Positions 15,763-22,019 of a stretch of 43,713 nucleotides of DNA are shown in pieces (position 1 is the first letter of the stretch; the number at the start of each line of letters is the position of its first letter). Made by a program: the position numbers and the translations under genes. This DNA is from a virus, in IMG/VR virus record IMGVR_UViG_3300029882_000049; one strand, given 5' to 3'. A model generated the notes under the pieces. It was not told where the DNA came from. It was given only the letters and a program-made list of their open reading frames with translations, and ran no database searches.

Positions 15763-15893
15763 CGTGTCCTCCAGAGGTGTGCTGCAAACATTACAAACTC
15801 AACCAGCCACTGCGTAATACCTATTGCAGCAAGGAACGCAGGTATGGCGAGAAAAACGTAGATAGCGAGGAGCGCGGTTGCGTCGTAGGTCAT
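15759..15893 (-). CDS. Hydrophobic micro-protein (44 aa) coupled to the pentapeptide-repeat gene.
   Basis: Hand translation: MTYDATALLAIYVFLAIPAFLAAIGITQWLVEFVMFAAHLWRTR. ATGA overlaps at both ends (15890-15893 and 15759-15762). Confidence 0.5.
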   Translation of the reverse strand: MTYDATALLAIYVFLAIPAFLAAIGITQWLVEFVMFAAHLWRTR

Positions 15894-16672
15894 TTGGTTG
15901 CCTTCGCTTTCGGTGGCAGATTCATGCGCGTAACCGCAGCCTTAGCCAGATTGAACAGACCGACGCGATCTTCACATTTTTCGGATTTGTCGTCAGGAAA
16001 CTCGGACAAGTTGCTCTTACGGATACCTACTTTCTTCCACTGGGCCAGTGTCTTCTCTAGGCACCCCATCTTGACCATGCGCTCCCCATCTTCAAACAGC
16101 ACAGCAAGCACTACGAAGGGATACAGGGAAGATGAAAAGATACGGATAGAGTGGGCCTTCTTTTTCTCTCCGTCGGCACCGCGCAGGTAGGCACCGCGCA
16201 GGTCGGCACTGCGCAGGTCGGCACCGTACAGGTCGGCACTGCGCAGGTTGGCACCGCGCAGGTCGGCACCGTACAGGTTGGCACCGCGCAGGTCGGCACC
16301 GCGCAGGTTGGCACCGTACAGGTTGGCACCGCGCAGGTAGGCACCGCGCAGGTCGGCACCGCGCAGGTAGGCACCGCGCAGGTCGGCACCGTACAGGTTG
16401 GCACCGCGCAGGTCGGCACCGCGCAGGTCGGCACCGTACAGGTTGGCACCGCGCAGGTAGGCACCGTACAGGTTGGCACCGTACAGGTAGGCACCGCGCA
16501 GGTCGGCACCGTACAGGTTGGCACCGCGCAGGTAGGCACCGTACAGGTTGGCACCGTACAGGTCGGCACTGCGCAGGTCGGCCTTCTTCTCTACCGCTTC
16601 AACCAACGCGTCTTTCAGTACGGTCGCCGCTGCGCTAAAAATCACTCCACCGACCATATTTACAATGTCCAT
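15890..16672 (-). CDS. Pentapeptide-repeat protein (260 aa): 30-aa N-terminus, 27 consecutive A(D/N/Y)L(R/Y)(G/S) units, and a C-terminal domain of about 90 aa.
   Basis: AAGGAG lies 7 nt upstream of ATG at 16672. The repeat matches the A(D/N)LXX pentapeptide-repeat consensus (Qnr/MfpA-type right-handed quadrilateral beta-helix). Confidence 0.85.
   Translation of the reverse strand: MDIVNMVGGVIFSAAATVLKDALVEAVEKKADLRSADLYGANLYGAYLRGANLYGADLRGAYLYGANLYGAYLRGANLYGADLRGADLRGANLYGADLRGAYLRGADLRGAYLRGANLYGANLRGADLRGANLYGADLRGANLRSADLYGADLRSADLRGAYLRGADGEKKKAHSIRIFSSSLYPFVVLAVLFEDGERMVKMGCLEKTLAQWKKVGIRKSNLSEFPDDKSEKCEDRVGLFNLAKAAVTRMNLPPKAKATK
16178..16582. repeat. Tandem array of 27 x 15 bp, forming the coding core of the pentapeptide-repeat gene.
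   Basis: Plus-strand unit is AC[C/T]G[CG/TA]CAGGT[A/C/T]GGC. Only 4 of 15 positions vary. Eight unit types were counted by hand. Confidence 0.95.
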
Positions 16673-16695
16673 ATATTTCTCCTTGAGTGGTGGGG

Positions 16696-17187
16696 CTAGA
16701 GTACGGTTACGGGGCCGACTTCACGCCCGATCTTCGAGCATAGGTTGGTTAGAACCTCGTTGGCGCAAGTGGTGGGATTCATCATCACAGCGTCACACTT
16801 GTACTTTCCCGCGCTCATTTGAGTTTTCAAGCCCATAAAGTTAGCGACGGTGAAGGTGACATCCTCTGTGCCAGCGAACAGGCGGTAGTACCGCTTCTCC
16901 GCAACTACGGTGAACGGGTGGGAGCCAATCAGTTCAGCCATGCGCTCCGTGGGGCTTTTGTAGGGCGGCGGCGGGGGTACCAAGTCCGCTTTCCAGCAGC
17001 ACTCATCGTCTAATTCGACATCGCCCGAGCCTTCGTAGTACCAGCTAAGGTCAGACGCCGCATTGCGGCTGTTCTCGATGGCGTAATCTCTTGCCTTCTC
17101 CAGAGCGTCTTGCTCATCCTGCGCCTCAACTTCGAGGGTCGTGTTGATAGTGCTTGTTGCGGACATCCAGACTTTGTAGGTGTTCAT
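16696..17187 (-). CDS. Hypothetical protein (163 aa).
   Basis: Second gene of the leftward operon. Protein-like composition with a PPPPPY linker. Confidence 0.65.
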   Translation of the reverse strand: MNTYKVWMSATSTINTTLEVEAQDEQDALEKARDYAIENSRNAASDLSWYYEGSGDVELDDECCWKADLVPPPPPYKSPTERMAELIGSHPFTVVAEKRYYRLFAGTEDVTFTVANFMGLKTQMSAGKYKCDAVMMNPTTCANEVLTNLCSKIGREVGPVTVL

Positions 17188-17259
17188 GGTTATTACCCTT
17201 GCTTTCTAGCAACTCCGCTAGACGGTTGAGTGGTGGGGGTGAATCAGCTTAGGCCGAAA

Positions 17260-18063
17260 CTACTTAGCGCCCTTCATTGCTTCGCGTACATCGCGGACGA
17301 GATCGGAATGAATCTCAAACACGACAGGCTTGCCTTGTTGGGCGGCATCCGCCAGAAGTACACGCACAGCCTTTACGAGAGCTTTCACGTCAAACTCCTG
17401 CTTCCGCTCGCGTACTACTTTGCCCTTGGCGTTTTTCGGAGCCGCCGCAATGTGCTCTGCGGCCTTCGAACCAAACTTCTTGACGGCTGATACAGCCTTG
17501 CCCTCAGAAACCTCACCCATTACCAACATATGCTTTACAGTGTCGTCGGCATCGTTGAGAGCGAGACAGGAAGCGATGTACTGCGGAGTCTTGCCGAACG
17601 CCGTGGCGATATCTTCCTCTGTCTGTCCGAGGTTGATGAGACGAGCGTAGTTCTTACCAATCTCCCACTTCTCAAGCGGAGCGCCGCCGTTAGCTGTCAT
17701 CGCATACTTGATGCGCGTGACTTCATCCGCGGAACCTTCCATACACAGAACAGGAACACCAAAGGGCTTGTCGTCCTTCCCCTCTGTTGCCGGCAGAAGT
17801 CCTTCCTTGATGAGTTCCTTGACGGCAGTCAGGCGGGATTCACCATCAATCAGGATGCAATCCTCACCATCGCGGCGCACCCAGAGAGGCTGAAGTACGC
17901 CACCAGCCGAAGCAATCATGGGCTTCAAGCGGTCGATATTGGCGCGTAGAGTTTCCTTCACGCGGGGGTTGAAGTTTTTCTCGACCTTGATTTTGAATGG
18001 GTCGAACCGCACCATGTCTCGAACGCCTACGCGCCCCTCAAGTTCCTTTACGCCGCTTGCCAT
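17260..18063 (-). CDS. ParB N-terminal-domain (ParB/Srx-like) protein with an HTH (267 aa).
   Basis: LQPLWVRRDGEDCILIDGESRLTAVKEL resembles the ParB box (..v...dg.y.lidGerRl.A). HTH-like QTEEDIATAFGKTPQYIASCL. First gene downstream of the leftward promoter, with an AGGAG RBS. Confidence 0.65.
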   Translation of the reverse strand: MASGVKELEGRVGVRDMVRFDPFKIKVEKNFNPRVKETLRANIDRLKPMIASAGGVLQPLWVRRDGEDCILIDGESRLTAVKELIKEGLLPATEGKDDKPFGVPVLCMEGSADEVTRIKYAMTANGGAPLEKWEIGKNYARLINLGQTEEDIATAFGKTPQYIASCLALNDADDTVKHMLVMGEVSEGKAVSAVKKFGSKAAEHIAAAPKNAKGKVVRERKQEFDVKALVKAVRVLLADAAQQGKPVVFEIHSDLVRDVREAMKGAK

Positions 18064-18103
18064 GTGTCATCTCCTGTGCTCTTTCGTTCTTGAGCGTGTA
18101 TCC

Positions 18104-18132
18104 AATTTAGCCGATGCGTAGAAACGTGTCAA
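18104..18132 (-). promoter_or_regulatory. Leftward sigma70-type promoter: TTGACA-N17-TAAATT.
   Basis: Read on the minus strand, -35 is at 18132..18127, the spacer is 17 nt and -10 is at 18109..18104. A leader of about 34 nt carrying AGGAG precedes ATG 18063. Confidence 0.6.
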
Positions 18133-18161
18133 GCGGAATTGGCTAACATTGCTAAAATAAG

Positions 18162-18190
18162 TTGACACCCACCCTGAGAGGGTATAAATT
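18162..18190 (+). promoter_or_regulatory. Rightward sigma70-type promoter: TTGACA-N17-TAAATT.
   Basis: -35 at 18162-18167, 17-nt spacer, -10 at 18185-18190. The hexamers are identical to those of the leftward promoter. Confidence 0.6.
18171..18183. promoter_or_regulatory. Palindrome ACCCT-GAG-AGGGT in the spacer of the rightward promoter; candidate operator.
   Basis: Perfect 5-bp inverted repeat around a 3-nt centre, located between the -35 and -10 elements. Confidence 0.4.
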
Positions 18191-18197
18191 CGGTTTC

Positions 18198-18413
18198 ATG
18201 GAAGTGACAAAAGATCATATTCTGCGCCTGATAAAAGAGCGTCAAAAGTCGCAATCACTGCGCCAGTTCGCTATATCGCTGGGCGTTTCTGCGGCATATC
18301 TATCAGATGTTTACCTTGGCAAGCGCGACATCGGCCCGAAGATTCTAAATCGGTTTGGGTTCCGCAAACAAAAGACTTCGGTCATCACCTACTACAAGAT
18401 TGGAGCGAAATAA
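18198..18413 (+). CDS. XRE-family HTH transcriptional regulator (Cro/CI-like), 71 aa.
   Basis: QSLRQFAISLGVSAAYLSDVYLGKR is a classic XRE HTH. The ATG lies 8 nt after the -10 element with no SD sequence, suggesting a leaderless mRNA. Confidence 0.7.
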   Translation: MEVTKDHILRLIKERQKSQSLRQFAISLGVSAAYLSDVYLGKRDIGPKILNRFGFRKQKTSVITYYKIGAK

Positions 18414-19013
18414 ATGGCGAAGATTGACATTATCGAAGAGACAAAGTTGAAGTGGCCGGATGGTTTAGAGCGCACCCGCATCAAGGAGCGTGTGGGTCAA
18501 GGCCGATGGAAGGAGGGCTGGGCTGTCACGCGCCAAAAACTAACGCAAGAGTTGGAGCGTTTGGGTGCGACCTCTGTGCTTGTATCCCGCAGCGACAATG
18601 AACATCTTGACCCCGGCGTGGCTGTCTGGTTCTCACGCAAGAAGGAAGATTTTTCGTGGCAGCAGGGTTTGGGTTTTGACAATCCCGCGCCTACTGTTGC
18701 CGAGATTGACGCTGCCTTCCGTGCGAAGGCCATGAAATACCATCCCGACAATCCGCAGACTGGCGACCCAGCACTATTCATGCAATTCAGCCATTGGCGT
18801 AAGGCGGCGGTCGCGTGGGTGACAGGCACACACTCTCACGCCCACGAATACGTCATGGCGATTGACCAATACGACGAAGCGCGGCTGAACCTCAAGGCGT
18901 TGCAGATGTCGTTCTTTTACATCCGTCGCCTCGAAGACGTAGGCGCTCCAGCAATTCTCACGCAGACGCTCGGAGCGTTCCGGGCAAAGCTGATGCAAGG
19001 AAGCGGTGAGTGA
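18414..19013 (+). CDS. J-domain (DnaJ-like) protein (199 aa).
   Basis: AEIDAAFRAKAMKYHPDNPQTGDPALFMQF contains the HPD tripeptide in a J-domain helix II/III context. Confidence 0.65.
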   Translation: MAKIDIIEETKLKWPDGLERTRIKERVGQGRWKEGWAVTRQKLTQELERLGATSVLVSRSDNEHLDPGVAVWFSRKKEDFSWQQGLGFDNPAPTVAEIDAAFRAKAMKYHPDNPQTGDPALFMQFSHWRKAAVAWVTGTHSHAHEYVMAIDQYDEARLNLKALQMSFFYIRRLEDVGAPAILTQTLGAFRAKLMQGSGE

Positions 19014-19477
19014 TGGGACTGATACTTACAGGAACACCCAGCCCGCAGGGCGTGGTTGAATCTCTCCAGCGCGAACTCTATCAGCGCAATCAGCAACTAG
19101 CTGAGGCGCAGGAAGAGTTGCGATTGGAGCGCCAGAAGACGGCGGCTATCGAGCAAGGCGTGAGCCAACTACGAGACATTCTCTTTCCGCTTCACAACGG
19201 CCTCAAGAAGATGTTTGGCGAGCTTGATGCGATGGGCGGATCCGCTACGGCTGCGACTCCACGCGTGAGCGCGGCATGGGAGCAGTGGAAGCAGAAGCTC
19301 AGCGGTCACCCCGCAAAGGCTATTGACGCGCTGATGGTTCACGGCGCTATGACGCAGACCCAGCTACGCATCCTCATTGGCTGCGCGAATGGCAGTATCG
19401 CTGGAGTCGTATGCACGCTCAACAAGGCGGGTCTAATCAACAAGAGCGGCGGAAAGATTTCACTGAAAGAACTGTGA
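19010..19477 (+). CDS. Coiled-coil protein with a C-terminal winged-HTH-like domain (155 aa).
   Basis: AIDALMVHGAMTQTQLRILIGCANGSIAGVVCTLNKAGLINKSGGKISL resembles a MarR-type wHTH. The start is GTG 19010 or ATG 19013. Confidence 0.55.
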   Translation: MMGLILTGTPSPQGVVESLQRELYQRNQQLAEAQEELRLERQKTAAIEQGVSQLRDILFPLHNGLKKMFGELDAMGGSATAATPRVSAAWEQWKQKLSGHPAKAIDALMVHGAMTQTQLRILIGCANGSIAGVVCTLNKAGLINKSGGKISLKEL

Positions 19478-19508
19478 GCAAGGGCGAGAGCCAGAAAGCA
19501 GGAGACGA

Positions 19509-19604
19509 ATGAGCGATGCGGTTCTGACTGTATTGTCCAGTAAATATGCGCTGTCGAGTGGAATCAAAGAATTTCTGGCCGAGAGGAAACCCAATGACCA
19601 ATGA
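19509..19604 (+). CDS. Micro-ORF (31 aa) resembling the N-terminus of the 20214 gene product.
   Basis: GGAG lies upstream of the ATG. VLSSKYALSSGIKE aligns with [14 protein letters not shown] of the 20214..20525 product. Confidence 0.3.
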   Translation: MSDAVLTVLSSKYALSSGIKEFLAERKPNDQ

Positions 19605-19866
19605 TGAGCTGAGAGCGCTGGCAAGCAAGGCCCCTGAAGGTTTATGGGAAGTGTCTGTAGTCGGTGCAGGATTCGAGATAGAGGCTAAGATTGGCGATGA
19701 ATGGCGCTGCATAATACAAGCGCAGCAGTTCATTCCGCGCGACCAAGACCCGCTTCAAGTGAAACGCAAAGCACTCGCGGCCTACACCGCAGCGGCATCC
19801 CCAGAAACTGTAATCAAACTGCTTGACAGGATTGCGGAGTTAGAGAAGCAGTTGGAGGCGAAATGA
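19594..19866 (+). CDS. Ead/Ea22-like protein (90 aa).
   Basis: ELRALASKAPEGLWEV... and ...ALAAYTAAASPETVIKLLDRIAELEKQLE fit the Ea22-like pattern (LRalA..atpGpW; naaFIAAa.P.tvl.Lld.i..LE). Confidence 0.45.
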   Translation: MTNDELRALASKAPEGLWEVSVVGAGFEIEAKIGDEWRCIIQAQQFIPRDQDPLQVKRKALAAYTAAASPETVIKLLDRIAELEKQLEAK

Positions 19867-20192
19867 AACTCACTAAGCGACAGAAAGCAGCACGTAAGGG
19901 TGTCCGCACGAGACAGGCTAACGCGGCCTCATGGAAGCGATATCTCGAAGTAGAGAAGCCTGCGCGGGAAGCTGAGGTATTCCTTGTAAACGCGCAAATC
20001 AAGCGCGTCAACGGAGTTAGGGTTCGACTTTCACAACACGCGCACGAATCTAACATCACCCTACGGAAGAAAAGCGGAGATATGGGTACACTCTGCAAGG
20101 TGTTAGGAACTGGCATGTTGTGGTGCGTGCTTCCTGATGGATACGCCCACGCCCGCAATTACTATGCGGGATTTTGGGAATTAGCCGCCTGA
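19863..20192 (+). CDS. Hypothetical basic protein (109 aa).
   Basis: ATGA-coupled start. Lys/Arg-rich N-terminus. Confidence 0.55.
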   Translation: MKLTKRQKAARKGVRTRQANAASWKRYLEVEKPAREAEVFLVNAQIKRVNGVRVRLSQHAHESNITLRKKSGDMGTLCKVLGTGMLWCVLPDGYAHARNYYAGFWELAA

Positions 20193-20213
20193 CTAGCGAG
20201 GATGGAGTAGAAA

Positions 20214-20525
20214 ATGAGTGAGACACCTGAGATATTTATGATTTGGTCTAGCAAGTACGCTCTAACCAATGGCATCATGGAGAGCCGCGCTACCCTGTGG
20301 ACTTCGTATGATGGCGTGGAATATTACAACCCTGAAAGGGATGAGCCTCTTGACGGCCTTCAATCGAAGTCGTCCACATTCCGTAACCGCGCGGACGCCG
20401 TTACTGATGCAATCAAGCGTCGAGACAAGAAAATTGCCTCGTTGAAAAAACAGGTTGCGGTGCTGGAAAAACTGACTTTTGCACCTCCACCCCCGAATCA
20501 GTTTTGTCGGAGGCCTAAATGCTGA
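20214..20525 (+). CDS. Hypothetical protein (103 aa).
   Basis: GGAG RBS. Protein-like composition. Confidence 0.55.
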   Translation: MSETPEIFMIWSSKYALTNGIMESRATLWTSYDGVEYYNPERDEPLDGLQSKSSTFRNRADAVTDAIKRRDKKIASLKKQVAVLEKLTFAPPPPNQFCRRPKC

Positions 20526-20908
20526 TGGGACGCGATGGAAGTTAGGTCTCGATGCAGCAATCGCCGGAATCGAGAGTGGCAAAGGCTCTTGCTGGCGACT
20601 TCGACGGCCTTCTCTGCACACTCACACACTTCGATCAAGAGCGTAACGTCGAACCCATGTACTTTTTCTAGCGTCATACCCAAGTTCGGGACCGATGCGG
20701 ATGCCTGAAAAACAAGGGGTTTATCGAGTTTTTCCTTGAGTTCGGGACCGATGTATTTAGCGATGGCCTTGCCGTTGATGAATCGCGGGAATCGTCCTCC
20801 GCTCTGTGTGCTCATCCCCAGCGCCTCTCCCATGCCACGCTGACTGATAACCGCTGTCTTGCGCTCATCATTCCAAAACCAGTATGGTAAGTTCAGGACA
20901 GATGGCAA
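20498..20908 (-). CDS. Opposite-strand gene (136 aa); possibly a P63C-domain-like phage protein and possibly truncated.
   Basis: It is the only ORF covering 20526-20883. [14 protein letters not shown]...[24 protein letters not shown]...[12 protein letters not shown] recalls P63C-type proteins, but this rests on memory and is unverified. Confidence 0.45.
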   Translation of the reverse strand: MPSVLNLPYWFWNDERKTAVISQRGMGEALGMSTQSGGRFPRFINGKAIAKYIGPELKEKLDKPLVFQASASVPNLGMTLEKVHGFDVTLLIEVCECAEKAVEVASKSLCHSRFRRLLHRDLTSIASHQHLGLRQN

Positions 20909-21168
20909 CGTATTTATTGATTTCGCTAAATGGCAGCACGGAAGCGGTTGACGCTGCGGTTGCGCAAAAATTCCCTACACAATCACTCAAGATCGAAGCG
21001 GGAAAGTGGCTCATTAGATCCACTAGTATCACCAGCAAAGAGATGTCGGATAGCCTCGGAATCTCCAGCCCGCAAACCTTTTTCGTCGTGCCGGTGAAGG
21101 GATATTTCGGTGTGGCGAAGCCCGAAGTGTGGGAGTGGTTAGCCGCGCAGCCTCCAGTGAATGCCTGA
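20902..21168 (+). CDS. Hypothetical protein (88 aa).
   Basis: AGGACAG lies upstream of the ATG at 20902. An alternative start lies at 20884. Confidence 0.5.
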   Translation: MATYLLISLNGSTEAVDAAVAQKFPTQSLKIEAGKWLIRSTSITSKEMSDSLGISSPQTFFVVPVKGYFGVAKPEVWEWLAAQPPVNA

Positions 21169-21457
21169 ACATCGCCAGCCCTATCGAGAGTTTGTCACCC
21201 CTGAAGATTTTCCAGTCAGGTCTCCATCTCCGCCTATCGAACACAATCTAGATACTGCGCACAAGATTGGTGGTCTGATGGAGGCCGTTGCTCACCTTAA
21301 AGGTGAGGCCAAAGACCTACGAGATAAGGTGACGAAACTTAGCGAAGAAGTGCATGGATACAAGGTTGCCTTTCGCTGGGTAATAGGCGTGTGCATAACT
21401 GCGGGCACGATCATTGGCTGGGCCGTTAATACATACGTTCTCGCCAAAAAGCCCTAA
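21161..21457 (+). CDS. Coiled-coil protein with a C-terminal TM anchor (98 aa).
   Basis: TM segment WVIGVCITAGTIIGWAVNTYVL at the C-terminus. Confidence 0.55.
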   Translation: MPEHRQPYREFVTPEDFPVRSPSPPIEHNLDTAHKIGGLMEAVAHLKGEAKDLRDKVTKLSEEVHGYKVAFRWVIGVCITAGTIIGWAVNTYVLAKKP

Positions 21458-21551
21458 AACCACTGAAGTCACAGCTCTCCTGTTCCGCTGGGTTAGCCAA
21501 GTCAATTATTGCCCTTTATTTTCTCGTGGCTGTCTGATATCCTTACCCCCT

Positions 21552-22019
21552 ATGGCTGGCAGACCCTCAATCCCTTTCGACCAACAGATAGCAGACGAAA
21601 TCTGTGAGCGTTTGGTGGAATCAAGAATGGGTTTGGAGCATGTTCTGGACACGATGAGGGCCGAACCGGAATGGGAAGGAACTCCTGGCCTCACAACTGT
21701 TTACCGTTGGATGAAAAGTAACGAGGCATTTGCGGAGAGTTCCGCGCGCGCACGAGTGCTTTCTGCTGACACCTACGCGGATGCTGCTGTAAATGAGGCA
21801 CATACGGGCCGCGTCGGGCTTGTGACCACTACACAAGAGTGGGGCACGCAGGAGAAGACCGGGGACAACGTGGAGCGCTCCAAGCTCATCGTCCAGACGC
21901 TTATGAAGCGGGCTGGGCAGCTAAACCCCAAGAAATACGGGGAGCGTCTCGACCTGAACCACGCCGGCAAGGATGGCGGGCCGATACAGTTTGTTACGAA
22001 GTCAATTTTAGAGTCGTGA
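21552..22019 (+). CDS. terS: Terminase small subunit (155 aa).
   Basis: GRPSIPFDQQIADEICERLVESRMGLEHVL.....TTVYRWMKSNEAFAESSARARVLSADTYADAAV...VERSKLIVQTLMKRAGQLNPKKYGER follows the common TerS pattern (GRP..yt.e.a..IC..i..G.sl..ic......st.y.Wl....eF...ya.Are.qad...dei....D). Confidence 0.6.
   Translation: MAGRPSIPFDQQIADEICERLVESRMGLEHVLDTMRAEPEWEGTPGLTTVYRWMKSNEAFAESSARARVLSADTYADAAVNEAHTGRVGLVTTTQEWGTQEKTGDNVERSKLIVQTLMKRAGQLNPKKYGERLDLNHAGKDGGPIQFVTKSILES

Noticed and set aside
16178-16582. Possible CRISPR array or minisatellite-type non-coding repeat.
   Set aside because: The units are contiguous 15-mers with no spacers. They are a multiple of 3 in length and lie inside a well-supported ORF. 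This is a coding tandem repeat, not a CRISPR array.
16111-16699. Two long ORFs across the tandem array in other frames: 16111..16569(-), reading PTCTV/PTCAV repeats, and 16151..16699(+), reading VGTAQ/VGTVQ repeats.
   Set aside because: They are alternative-frame read-throughs of the same 15-bp repeat. Only the A-D/N/Y-L-R/Y-G/S frame has a proper AAGGAG RBS, non-repeat N- and C-terminal domains, ATGA coupling to the next gene, and a match to a known protein fold.
21489-21498. The 9-mer GTTAGCCAA upstream of terS, which matches the reverse complement of TTGGCTAAC in the promoter switch region (18140-18148), as a shared operator.
   Set aside because: A single 9-mer coincidence is expected by chance at roughly one-in-three odds in a genome of this size on both strands. 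No palindromic partner is present at the terS site.
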